From Roseovarius sp. UBA6217 (GTDB lineage Bacteria > Pseudomonadota > Alphaproteobacteria > Rhodobacterales > Rhodobacteraceae), in contig DISF01000043.1 in NCBI GenBank assembly GCA_002421985.1, positions 4,462 to 68,461 of the forward strand: a stretch of DNA of 64,000 nt. The letters are read 5' to 3'. Under the pieces are notes generated by a model. It had not been told where the DNA came from. It saw only the letters and a list, made by a program, of their open reading frames with translations, and searched no databases. Each line of letters begins with the position of its first letter. Position 1 is the stretch's first letter. Position numbers and translations under genes: made by a program. Positions 8,697 to 19,895 of this stretch are shown piece by piece.

Positions 8697-9379
8697 GGCG
8701 CTTGGGTCCTTTCTGCGGGCACGCCATCCTCGGTCACGATCAGATCAAGCGGGATGTCATGCGGTTGCGGGTAGATCGTGGGGAGCTGCGCGGCGGTCAG
8801 CGCAATGCCAATGGCCAGCGGGCGCGGGGCGCACGCGGCCAGCGTGCGATCGAAATACCCCCCGCCCCAGCCCAGCCGATAGCAATCGGCACTCCACCCA
8901 AGGCAGGGGGCCAGCGTGATATCGGGGGCCAAGGCGTCGGCCTCGGGCGGCGGCACCGGGATATTCCAGTCGCCGCGCTGCATCTTTGTCTCTGGCGTCC
9001 AGCGGCGAAACACCAGCGGTGCGGCGCGCCTCTCGACCACCGGAAGGGCGATGGTCACACCGGCGCGGTGCAGCGCCTTGAGCATGGCGCGCAGGTCCGG
9101 CTCGCCCTTGATCGGCCAATAACCCGCCAGCACCACACCCGGCCCGATGCCCCGCGCGTCGAGCACGCGCGACAGGTGTCGCCCGATCCGCGCGGATACC
9201 TCCGCCCGCCCGGCCTGCCCCAGCGCATCGCGCAATCCGGCCAGCCGCAACCGCTCTGCCCGGCGCCAGCGCGCCACGTCGCGCGCCTGAACCGGGTCGG
9301 TGCCCAAGGGGTCGAAATAGGCCGGGTCCACCTCGGCGGCCATGCAGGGCGGCGAGGCATATGTGCGGTGCCCGCTCAT
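8693..9379 (-). CDS. 5-formyltetrahydrofolate cyclo-ligase family protein with N-terminal extension
   Basis: YWPIKGEPD, LGWGGGYFDRTLA, PQPHDIPLD motifs; 4-nt overlap with ubiT. Confidence 0.88.
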   Translation of the reverse strand: MSGHRTYASPPCMAAEVDPAYFDPLGTDPVQARDVARWRRAERLRLAGLRDALGQAGRAEVSARIGRHLSRVLDARGIGPGVVLAGYWPIKGEPDLRAMLKALHRAGVTIALPVVERRAAPLVFRRWTPETKMQRGDWNIPVPPPEADALAPDITLAPCLGWSADCYRLGWGGGYFDRTLAACAPRPLAIGIALTAAQLPTIYPQPHDIPLDLIVTEDGVPAERTQAP

Positions 9380-9496
9380 GGCCAGAGCCCGGCGGCGGCA
9401 CGCCCCGCCCCGTGGCCCGCTGCGTGCCTGCACGGCGCTGCGGTGCTGCCCTCGACGGTCATGCCCGGCCCTTTCCCCTTGCGACTCATCCCACCG

Positions 9497-9512
9497 GAAC
9501 GAAAAATCGTTC
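9497..9512. promoter_or_regulatory. Perfect inverted repeat GAACGA-AAAA-TCGTTC in the divergent promoter region (putative operator)
   Basis: 6-bp arms exact reverse complements. Confidence 0.4.
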
Positions 9513-9534
9513 GGTTTGCACGCTATTCCGTTTA

Positions 9535-9557
9535 TATGCGCATTGCAAATACCAGAT
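9535..9557. promoter_or_regulatory. Putative NsrR-type operator
   Basis: Core GCATTgcAAATAC matches the core of the enterobacterial NsrR site AAGATGCATTTnAAATACATCTT; flanks do not match. Confidence 0.35.
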
Positions 9558-9570
9558 CAGGATCGCGACC

Positions 9571-9984
9571 ATGCGCCTCACCTCCTTCACCGATTACGGG
9601 CTGCGCGTGCTGATGCGCCTGGCGGGCGCGCCCGACCGCGCCTTTACCACCGCCGCGCTTGCCGCCGAATTCCGCGTGTCGCGCAACCACCTGGCCAAGG
9701 TGGTCTCGGCCCTCGCCGCGGCGGGCATTCTGGATACACGGCGCGGCGGCGGCGGCGGTGCGATGCTGGCGGTGCAGCCCGAGGATATCCGGCTGGGTGA
9801 TGTGGTGGCGATGCTCGAGGCCGATCAGGCGCTGGTGGAATGTTTCGCGAGTGGCGGCAATGCCTGCACCATGATGCCACAGTGCCGCCTCAAGACCCGG
9901 CTGGCGCAAGCCCAAGCCGCCTTTATCCGCGATCTCAACCAAAGCACGCTCGCCGATTGCGTCTATCGCCCCGATCCCGCCTGA
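9571..9984 (+). CDS. nsrR: Rrf2 family regulator, NsrR-like (NO-sensing Fe-S)
   Basis: MRLTSFTDYGLRVL N-terminus, SRNHLAKVV HTH, C-x7-C-x5-C triad. Confidence 0.75.
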   Translation: MRLTSFTDYGLRVLMRLAGAPDRAFTTAALAAEFRVSRNHLAKVVSALAAAGILDTRRGGGGGAMLAVQPEDIRLGDVVAMLEADQALVECFASGGNACTMMPQCRLKTRLAQAQAAFIRDLNQSTLADCVYRPDPA

Positions 9985-10059
9985 GCGGGCACCCACGTTC
10001 CCCCCTTTCGCGCAGGCAGCGCCCGCAGTATAGAACCCGCAGCCAACAGCGGAGGCCCC

Positions 10060-10647
10060 ATGCGCAACGCCACCATCACCCGCAAGACCGCCGAGACCGA
10101 TATCAGCGTCGACATCGCGCTGGACGGCACCGGCAGCTATGACAACCGCACCGGCGTGGGGTTTTTCGATCACATGCTCGATCAACTGGCGCGCCATTCG
10201 CTGATCGACATGGTGGTGCGCTGCGCGGGCGATCTGCATATCGACGATCACCACACGGTCGAGGATGTGGGCATCGCGCTCGGTCAGGCGCTGGCGCAGG
10301 CGCTTGGCGACAAGCGCGGCATCCGCCGCTACGGGGCCTGCCTCTTGCCGATGGATGATGCTCTGGTGCGCGCCGCGCTCGATCTGTCGGGGCGGCCTTA
10401 TCTGGTGTGGAACCTGGCCCTGCCCACCGACAAGATCGGCACGTTCGATTGCGAGCTGGTGCGCGAGTTCTTTCAGGCTTTCAGCACCCATGGCGGCATC
10501 ACGCTCCATGTCGAGGCGCTGGCGGGGATCAACAGCCACCATATCGCCGAGGCCGCGTTCAAGGCCGTGGCGCGCGCCCTGCGCGAGGCGGTGGAGCACG
10601 ATCCGCGCAAATCCGATGCGATCCCCTCCACCAAGGGAAGCCTGTAA
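10060..10647 (+). CDS. hisB: Imidazoleglycerol-phosphate dehydratase
   Basis: DDHHTVED and NSHHIAEA signatures. Confidence 0.97.
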   Translation: MRNATITRKTAETDISVDIALDGTGSYDNRTGVGFFDHMLDQLARHSLIDMVVRCAGDLHIDDHHTVEDVGIALGQALAQALGDKRGIRRYGACLLPMDDALVRAALDLSGRPYLVWNLALPTDKIGTFDCELVREFFQAFSTHGGITLHVEALAGINSHHIAEAAFKAVARALREAVEHDPRKSDAIPSTKGSL

Positions 10648-10650
10648 CCC

Positions 10651-11289
10651 ATGACCACCGTCATCGTCGATTACGAGAGCGGCAACCTGCACTCGGCCGA
10701 GAAGGCGTTTCAGCGCATGGCCACCGAGACCGGCGCAGGCGCGGTGATCGTGAGCGCCGATCCCGACACGATCGCCCGTGCGAGCCGCATCGTGCTTCCG
10801 GGCGACGGGGCCTTTCCCGCCTGCCGTGCCGCGCTTTTTGACCATCGCGGCGTCTATGAGGCCATCGAGGAGGCGGTGCGCCACCATGCCCGCCCGTTCC
10901 TTGGAATCTGCATCGGGATGCAGATGCTGGCCACGCGCGGGATGGAATACGAGGATACACCCGGTTTCGACTGGATCGCCGGCACGGTGGCGCATATCAC
11001 CCCCGCTGATCCGGCGCTCAAGGTGCCGCATATGGGATGGAACGATCTGGTGATCGACCATGCCCACCCGGTGCTCGACGGGATTTCAACCGGCGATCAC
11101 GCCTATTTCGTGCATTCCTATCATTTCGAGGTGGCCGACCCCGCGCATCGCCTTGCGCATGTCGATTATGGCGGCGACATCACTGCGATTGTCGGGCGCG
11201 ACACGGTGCTGGGCACCCAGTTCCACCCCGAGAAAAGCCAGGCCACCGGCCTGCGCCTCATCGCCAATTTCCTGGCGTGGCGGCCCTGA
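10651..11289 (+). CDS. hisH: Imidazole glycerol phosphate synthase, glutaminase subunit
   Basis: GICIGMQ, VPHMGWN, QFHPEKS. Confidence 0.97.
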   Translation: MTTVIVDYESGNLHSAEKAFQRMATETGAGAVIVSADPDTIARASRIVLPGDGAFPACRAALFDHRGVYEAIEEAVRHHARPFLGICIGMQMLATRGMEYEDTPGFDWIAGTVAHITPADPALKVPHMGWNDLVIDHAHPVLDGISTGDHAYFVHSYHFEVADPAHRLAHVDYGGDITAIVGRDTVLGTQFHPEKSQATGLRLIANFLAWRP

Positions 11290-11292
11290 CGG

Positions 11293-11566
11293 CTATTTCA
11301 CCCGCTGCCAGGTGCCGTCATCGCGGCAGATGCCCAGCACGCAGCCGCTGACCTTGAGCGTGTCGCCATTGAGTTGCAGCCTGGAATTACAGGTCTTGCC
11401 GCGATCCGGGCTGTAGACCTTGCCCTTGCAGGCCCCGCCGCCGGTGGGCACCGTCTCGGAGATGATGTTGCGCCCCGATAGTCTCGCTCGTGATCTCCTG
11501 ACCGGCGGAATTGCAGGATTTGACCGGCTTGCCGCAGATCGTGGTGCCGTGCGGACAAATCAAGCC
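11293..11566 (-). pseudogene. DUF2147 family pseudogene (5'-truncated, frameshifted)
   Basis: ICGKPVKSCNSAGQEITSETIG continues after a +1 shift at the G4 run (11473-11476) as GRNIISETV...KVYSPDRGKT.NSRLQLNGDTLKVSGCVLGICRDDGTWQRVK-stop; no start or signal peptide. Confidence 0.7.
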
Positions 11567-11641
11567 TGACGTGGGGTCGCGTTGCAAATCCCGCGCCGCC
11601 CCGGCATAAGCGCGCCACACAACCCCCGAAAGGCCTTGCCG

Positions 11642-12361
11642 ATGATCCTCTATCCCGCGATTGACCTCAAGGATGGCCGCGCCGTGCGCCTGTTGCGCGG
11701 CGATATGGAAAAGGCCACCGTCTTCAACGAAGACCCGGCGGCGCAGGCGGCAGAATTCGTGGCGGCGGGCTGCGAATGGCTGCACCTCGTCGATCTCAAC
11801 GGGGCCTTCGCCGGGGCACCGGTCAATGCCGCCCCGGTCGAGGCGATCCTAGCCGCCACCCGCGTGCCCGCGCAGCTTGGCGGCGGCATCCGCGACATGG
11901 CCACCATCGAGGGCTGGCTTGCCAAGGGGCTGGCGCGCGTGATCCTTGGCACGGTGGCGGTGGAGAACCCGGCGCTGGTGCGCGAGGCGGCGCGCGCCTT
12001 TCCGGGGCAGGTGGCGGTGGGCATCGACGCGCGCGGCGGGCGCGTGGCCACCAAGGGCTGGGCCGAGGAGACGGATGTGAATGCCACCGATCTGGCGCGG
12101 TCCTTTGAGGATGCGGGCGTGGCGGCGATCATCTATACCGACATCAACCGCGACGGCGCCATGCAGGGCCCGAATGTCGAGGCCACGGCAGCGCTGGCGC
12201 GGGCGGTGGCGATCCCGGTCATCGCTTCGGGCGGCGTGTCGTCGCTCGAGGATCTCATCGCGCTGCGCGATACCGGCGTCATCGCGGGCGCGATCTCGGG
12301 TCGCGCGCTCTATGACGGCGCGCTTGACCTGCACGCGGCGCTTGCCGTGCTGGCAGGCTGA
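11642..12361 (+). CDS. hisA: ProFAR isomerase
   Basis: [32 protein letters not shown]. Confidence 0.97.
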   Translation: MILYPAIDLKDGRAVRLLRGDMEKATVFNEDPAAQAAEFVAAGCEWLHLVDLNGAFAGAPVNAAPVEAILAATRVPAQLGGGIRDMATIEGWLAKGLARVILGTVAVENPALVREAARAFPGQVAVGIDARGGRVATKGWAEETDVNATDLARSFEDAGVAAIIYTDINRDGAMQGPNVEATAALARAVAIPVIASGGVSSLEDLIALRDTGVIAGAISGRALYDGALDLHAALAVLAG

Positions 12362-12369
12362 ACGCCGCG

Positions 12370-12657
12370 ATGCGCAGCGCCTTCAAATTCTGCGTCATCC
12401 TGATCGGCATTGGCCTCTTGCCCGTCTTTTCAGTAGCGAGCGCCGCGATGATCGCCAACGCCGCAGGCTGCACGCTTCATGAAGGATCGGTCAACCCCTG
12501 CGTGATCGCCGGTATCGACTGGGGCACCGCTCTCTACATGATGGGGGTTCTCGGCTGGCTCATGCTCCTGTCGCTTCCGCTTGCCGCGATCGGCGGTATC
12601 GGCCTGATCGCGACTGCCCTGATCGCCGCAACCCGCTGGCTGCGTGCCCGCCGCTGA
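12370..12657 (+). CDS. Small membrane protein (2 TM, periplasmic Cys pair)
   Basis: Two hydrophobic segments flanking GCTLHEGSVNPC; follows hisA by 8 nt. Confidence 0.6.
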   Translation: MRSAFKFCVILIGIGLLPVFSVASAAMIANAAGCTLHEGSVNPCVIAGIDWGTALYMMGVLGWLMLLSLPLAAIGGIGLIATALIAATRWLRARR

Positions 12658-12661
12658 GCGA

Positions 12662-13111
12662 CTACTCGGCCGCGGCAGCGGTGAGTTTGCCAAGCGCGCC
12701 CGCCATCATCTTGAGATACGGCGCATCATCGGAAATCTTCAGGTCGTCGAACATGTCTTCGGGGTCCTGATAGGCGATCCAGACCTGCCCCTCGGCATCC
12801 TCATATACCAGCACGCGCAGCGGCAGAAAGAGGCCCGCGCGCGGATCGTCCTGCATCGCCGCCGTGCCCATCTTCGGATTGCCGAAGATCAGCAGTTGCG
12901 ATGGCGCAAGCGCCATATCCACGCTCGCCGCGCCTGCGGCATGATCGACACGGGCAAACACCGTGGCCCCCGCCCCGTTCACAGCCGCCTCGAGCCGGTC
13001 CATGGTGGCGGGCACATCGGCCCCGGCGCGGAGCTTGATGATGTCGTCATCGCCCGCAACTGCGGGCAAGGCCGCCAGTGTGATCGCCAACGCGCTCAGA
13101 AATCGTCTCAT
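12662..13111 (-). CDS. DUF302 domain secreted protein
   Basis: Sec signal, VFARVDHAAGA, LLIFGNPKMGT, GLFLPLRVLVYED. Confidence 0.85.
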   Translation of the reverse strand: MRRFLSALAITLAALPAVAGDDDIIKLRAGADVPATMDRLEAAVNGAGATVFARVDHAAGAASVDMALAPSQLLIFGNPKMGTAAMQDDPRAGLFLPLRVLVYEDAEGQVWIAYQDPEDMFDDLKISDDAPYLKMMAGALGKLTAAAAE

Positions 13112-13215
13112 GAAACCCTCCGTCAATGATCGATGCGAATCTGCATTGCATCCTCTGGCATCCTGACGGATTTGCCCATAGAAACCGCAACACAGTCACC
13201 AAACCCGGCGAACCC

Positions 13216-13980
13216 ATGCTCAAGACCCGTATCATCCCCTGCCTCGACGTGGCCGACGGGCGCGTGGTCAAGGGCGTCAACTTTGTCGATCTGCGCGACG
13301 CGGGCGATCCGGTGGATGCCGCGCGCGCCTATGACGCGGCAGGGGCGGACGAGCTGTGTTTTCTGGACATCCACGCCACGCATGAAAATCGCGGCACCAT
13401 GTTCGACGTGGTGCGCCGCACCGCCGAAGCCTGTTACATCCCGTTGACCGTGGGAGGCGGGGTGCGCACCCCCGAGGACGTGCGCGCGCTGCTCTTGGCG
13501 GGGGCCGACAAGGTCAGCTTCAACTCGGCGGCGGTGGCCGACCCGGATGTTGTGGCCCGCGCCGCCGACCGTTTCGGCAGCCAATGCATCGTGGTGGCCA
13601 TCGACGCCAAGACGGTTGCCCCCGGCAAATGGGAGATTTTCACCCACGGGGGCCGCAAACCCACCGGCATCGACGCGGTGGAATTTGCGCGGCTGGTCGC
13701 GGCAAAAGGCGCGGGTGAAATCCTGCTCACCTCGATGGACCGCGACGGCACGCGCGCGGGATTCAACATCCAGCTGACCCGCGCCATCGCCGATGCGGTG
13801 GATATTCCGGTGATTGCATCGGGCGGCGTCGGCACGCTCGATCATCTGGTGGAGGGCGTGACCGAGGGCCACGCCTCTGCCGTTCTCGCCGCCTCGATCT
13901 TTCATTTCGGCACCTACACCATTGCCGAGGCCAAGGCCCATATGGCCGCCGCAGGTATCCCCATGAGGCTGGCAGCATGA
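13216..13980 (+). CDS. hisF: Imidazole glycerol phosphate synthase, cyclase subunit
   Basis: [30 protein letters not shown]. Confidence 0.97.
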   Translation: MLKTRIIPCLDVADGRVVKGVNFVDLRDAGDPVDAARAYDAAGADELCFLDIHATHENRGTMFDVVRRTAEACYIPLTVGGGVRTPEDVRALLLAGADKVSFNSAAVADPDVVARAADRFGSQCIVVAIDAKTVAPGKWEIFTHGGRKPTGIDAVEFARLVAAKGAGEILLTSMDRDGTRAGFNIQLTRAIADAVDIPVIASGGVGTLDHLVEGVTEGHASAVLAASIFHFGTYTIAEAKAHMAAAGIPMRLAA

Positions 13981-14291
13981 CGCTCGACGATCTCGCCCGC
14001 ACGATTCAAACCCGCGCCAGCGCCGACCCCGAGGCAAGCTGGACCGCCAAGCTTCTGGCGAAAGGCCCCGAGAAATGCGCCGAGAAATTCGGCGAAGAGG
14101 CCGTTGAGGCCATCATCGAAGCGGTGAAGGGCGACCGCGCGCGCCTGACCTGCGAGGCGGCGGACGTGCTCTTTCACCTGCTCGTCATGCTGCAATCGCG
14201 CGGGGTGCCGCTCTCTGACGTGATGGCCGAGCTTGCCCGTCGTCAGGGCATCTCGGGGCTTGCCGAAAAATCTTCCCGCTCAAAGGACTGA
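13977..14291 (+). CDS. hisE: Phosphoribosyl-ATP diphosphatase
   Basis: [16 protein letters not shown]; ATGA overlap with hisF. Confidence 0.95.
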   Translation: MTLDDLARTIQTRASADPEASWTAKLLAKGPEKCAEKFGEEAVEAIIEAVKGDRARLTCEAADVLFHLLVMLQSRGVPLSDVMAELARRQGISGLAEKSSRSKD

Positions 14292-14294
14292 TCC

Positions 14295-14585
14295 ATGATT
14301 CGCCATATCGTGTTCTTTTCCGCCGCCAACCCCGAGGACGTGGATCGCATCCGCGAGGGGCTGATGATGCTGGCGCAAATTCCCCATGCGCGCCATTTCG
14401 AGGTGGGGCGCAACCTGCAAAGCGACACGATCAGCGGCACCCGCGTTGATCTGGTGGTTTATGCCGAGTTCGAGGACGAGGCCGCGCTTGCCGCCTACAA
14501 GGCGCATCCCGTCTATGCCGAGTGCACCGCCCTTGTGCGCCCGCAGCGCGAGTTGCGCATCGCCGCCGATTTCAAGGCGGGCTGA
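14295..14585 (+). CDS. Dabb (stress-responsive A/B barrel) family protein
   Basis: MIRHIVFF, YKAHPVY, AADF. Confidence 0.8.
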   Translation: MIRHIVFFSAANPEDVDRIREGLMMLAQIPHARHFEVGRNLQSDTISGTRVDLVVYAEFEDEAALAAYKAHPVYAECTALVRPQRELRIAADFKAG

Positions 14586-14677
14586 GGGGCGTCGCGCTTC
14601 TGAAATGATATTTGCGGGGGGCCCGGAGCGGACGTTCAGGGCTTGGGGGGCGACGACAACGAACGGGGGCTGATACT

Positions 14678-14842
14678 GTGCCACGGCCAGCGCGCGCACT
14701 CGATCTGCCCGCGCGGGACGTGATCACGGCGCGCGCGCGCGGCGCGAGACCCTATGTGCTGGCACCGTTGCGCAGCGGCGCGGGGCTTGACCGGGTGATC
14801 CGCTTCATCGCGGATGAGGGCGGCGTGCCCCTGCGCCCCTGA
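14678..14842 (+). pseudogene. 3' remnant of urease accessory GTPase UreG
   Basis: LDL.ARD..TARARGARPYVLAPLRSGAGLDRVIRFIADEGG resembles the UreG C-terminus; P-loop and CPH region absent. Confidence 0.5.
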
Positions 14843-14910
14843 TCCATGCCGCTTGAACACCGCGCGCGATTGCGACATCGTTGCGGCAAGAACCCGAGGC
14901 AGGGAGCGCC

Positions 14911-15870
14911 ATGAGCGGATTACTGGCCCTTTTGGATGACGTGGCGGCGATTGCCAAACTGGCGGCGGCACAGCTCGATGATGTCGCGGCGCAGGCCGGC
15001 AAGGCGGGATCCAAGGCCGTCGGCGTGGTCATCGACGATGCCGCCGTGACGCCGAAATACGTCACCGGCCTGCCTGCGGCGCGTGAATTGCCCATCGTGT
15101 GGAAGATCGCGCGGGCATCGTTTTTCAGCAAGCTGGTGATCCTGCTTCCGGTGGCACTCTTGTTGCAGGCGTTCCTGCCGTGGCTGCTCACGCCGCTTCT
15201 GATGATCGGCGGGGCATATCTGTGTTTCGAGGGGGCCGAGAAGGTCTGGCACCTGATCGTGCCGCACAAGGATCACGGGCCGCAGCAGGCGGAAACGCTG
15301 AGCGCGGCGCATCTGGAAGAGCAGCGCGTGAAAGGCGCGATCAAGACCGATTTCATTCTCTCCGCCGAGATCATGACGATTTCTCTGGCGCAGATCGACA
15401 TCGGCAATGTCTGGATTCAGGCGCTGGCGCTGGCGGCGGTGGCGATCGGGATCACGACGCTGGTCTATGGCGCGGTGGCGCTGCTGGTAAAGGCCGATGA
15501 TCTGGGGATTTTCCTGAGCATGACGGGCCGACTTGCCCCGACACGCGCGCTTGGGCGCGCCATCGTGCGGTCCATGCCCGGCGTGATGGGGGTGATCGCC
15601 ACCATCGGCACCGTGGCGATGCTCTGGGTCGGGGGCAGCATCCTCGTGCACGGGCTGCACGATCTGGGCTGGCACCTGCCCTATGAGCAGATCAAACAGG
15701 TGGCGACCCTTGCCGCCGCGCAGGCGGGCGCGGCCAATGGCCTGGTGACATGGGCCGTGACCGCCGGGCTTGACGGTATTGTCGGGCTGGCCGCCGGGCT
15801 GGCCCTGATCCCGTTCGTGACCCGCGCGATCATCCCTGGCCTGTCCTGGCTCTTTCCCGAGAAACCCTGA
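14911..15870 (+). CDS. DUF808 (YedI-like) inner membrane protein
   Basis: LLALLDDVA, GVVIDDAAVTP, AYLCFEGAEK, TDFILSAEIM, AMLWVGG. Confidence 0.9.
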   Translation: MSGLLALLDDVAAIAKLAAAQLDDVAAQAGKAGSKAVGVVIDDAAVTPKYVTGLPAARELPIVWKIARASFFSKLVILLPVALLLQAFLPWLLTPLLMIGGAYLCFEGAEKVWHLIVPHKDHGPQQAETLSAAHLEEQRVKGAIKTDFILSAEIMTISLAQIDIGNVWIQALALAAVAIGITTLVYGAVALLVKADDLGIFLSMTGRLAPTRALGRAIVRSMPGVMGVIATIGTVAMLWVGGSILVHGLHDLGWHLPYEQIKQVATLAAAQAGAANGLVTWAVTAGLDGIVGLAAGLALIPFVTRAIIPGLSWLFPEKP

Positions 15871-15916
15871 TATCGCGCGCGCCGCCCCTGTCCGCAGGGT
15901 GACGGGCTGACCTGCC

Positions 15917-16330
15917 TCACCCCCGCTCTTCCTGCGGCTTATGCGGCCGGACGGCCAGATCTTCGAGGATCGGGCAATCGGGGCGGTGATCGCCCGCACA
16001 GCTCTCGACAAGGTGCCCAAGCGTGGCGCGCATCGCCTTCAGCTCGGCAATCTTGGCATCGACAAGCTCCAGATGGCCCTGGGCGATCCGTTTGACATCG
16101 GCGCTGGCGCGGTTCCTGTCCTCGTAAAGCGCCAGAAGCGTGCGGCACTCCTCGATCGAGAAGCCCAGAGAGCGCGCGCGCCCGATGAAGCCGAGCTTGT
16201 GCACCTCGCCTTCGCCAAAGCGGCGATAGCCGTTGGTGTCGCGCCGCGGGGTTATCAGGCCGATCTCCTCGTAATAGCGGATGGTCTTGGCGGGCAGGCC
16301 GGTCAACGCGGCGACATCTCCGATATTCAT
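15917..16330 (-). CDS. cueR: Cu(I)-responsive MerR family regulator
   Basis: MNIGDVA..TGL.AKTIRYYE, C-terminal CAGDHRPDCPIL. Confidence 0.93.
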   Translation of the reverse strand: MNIGDVAALTGLPAKTIRYYEEIGLITPRRDTNGYRRFGEGEVHKLGFIGRARSLGFSIEECRTLLALYEDRNRASADVKRIAQGHLELVDAKIAELKAMRATLGHLVESCAGDHRPDCPILEDLAVRPHKPQEERG

Positions 16331-16340
16331 CGGCGCGCTC

Positions 16341-18854
<2,514 letters not shown>

Positions 18855-18888
18855 GAGTGCGGCCCTTCCGTCTTGCGGGGTTTTCTCT

Positions 18889-18919
18889 TACCTAAGGGTT
18901 CCTCCAACTGGAAGGTCAA
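18889..18919 (-). promoter_or_regulatory. MerR-type copA promoter with CueR operator
   Basis: Minus strand TTGACC-19 nt-TAGGTA overlapping ACCTTCC-N7-GGAACCC (CueR consensus ACCTTCC-N7-GGAAGGT). Confidence 0.8.
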
Positions 18920-18986
18920 GATAACACGAGAAGTGATTTCCACCATGCGTTTCGCCTTTGGCCCCCCTGGCCCGGCAACCCGGCGA

Positions 18987-19022
18987 CGTGATTCGTCACG
19001 AAAACGATCCCCCGGATCGTTT
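18987..19022. repeat. Two adjacent short inverted repeats
   Basis: CGTGA-ttcg-TCACG and AAACGATCC-ccc-GGATCGTTT. Confidence 0.5.
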
Positions 19023-19055
19023 CGTTTCCCTGCGCCCTATCGCAGATCGCGCGCC

Positions 19056-19895
19056 TCAGACCCTTACGCCGCGACGCCCCGCCAGATCGGTGAAGAACTG
19101 CCACGCCACCCGGCCCGAGCGCGCGCCGCGTGTGGCCTGCCACTCGATCGCCTCGGCGCGCAAGGTTGCATCGTCGATCTCGACCCCGTAAGCATCGCAA
19201 TAGCCCCGGATCATCGCGAGATAGGCATCCTGATCGCAGGCATGGAACCCGAGCCAGAGGCCAAACCGGTCCGAGAGCGACACCTTTTCCTCGACCGCCT
19301 CGGAGGGGTTGATCGAGGTCGATCGCTCGTTCTCGATCATGTCGCGGGGCATCAGGTGGCGGCGGTTTGAGGTGGCGTAGAACAGCACATTCTCGGGTCG
19401 TCCCTCGATCCCGCCATCGAGCACGGCCTTCAATGACTTGTAGTGCTCGTCATCATGGCCAAAGCTCAGATCGTCGCAATAGAGCACGAACCGGGCCTCC
19501 TGCCCGCGCAAGAGGTTGAGCAACCGGCCCACCGAGGGCAGATCCTCGCGCTGCAATTCCACGATCTTGAGGGCCATGCCGCGTGCCAGAACTTCGGCGT
19601 GCACCGCCTTGACAAGGCTGGATTTTCCCATCCCCCGCGCGCCCCAGAGAAGCGCGTTGTTGGCGGGCAGGCCGCGGGCGAACTGCACTGTATTGGCCAG
19701 AAGCGTGTCGCGCGCGCGGTCGATCCCCACCAAAAGCGCCATATCCACGCGGCTCACATCCGCCACCGGCTCCAGCCGGTCCGGCGCGACATGCCAGACA
19801 AAGGCATCGGCGGCGTCGAAATCGGGCGCGGTCAGCGGCGCGGGGGCCATCCGCTCCAGCGCGGCGGCGATGCGATCAAGCGGATCGGCCATCAT
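19056..19895 (-). CDS. DUF815 family AAA+ ATPase
   Basis: Walker A GARGMGKSS, LYCDDLSF, YATSNRRHL, SLSDRFGL. Confidence 0.92.
   Translation of the reverse strand: MMADPLDRIAAALERMAPAPLTAPDFDAADAFVWHVAPDRLEPVADVSRVDMALLVGIDRARDTLLANTVQFARGLPANNALLWGARGMGKSSLVKAVHAEVLARGMALKIVELQREDLPSVGRLLNLLRGQEARFVLYCDDLSFGHDDEHYKSLKAVLDGGIEGRPENVLFYATSNRRHLMPRDMIENERSTSINPSEAVEEKVSLSDRFGLWLGFHACDQDAYLAMIRGYCDAYGVEIDDATLRAEAIEWQATRGARSGRVAWQFFTDLAGRRGVRV

Noticed and set aside
9479-9492. TTGCG-actc-ATCCC as an NnrR/FNR site for the ubi-nnrS operon
   Set aside because: Only one half resembles either consensus; too weak to call.
14621-14633. GTCCGCT(C/T)CGGGC shared with 49340-49352
   Set aside because: 12/13 match in GC-rich DNA is too short to support a repeat family without a genome-wide count.
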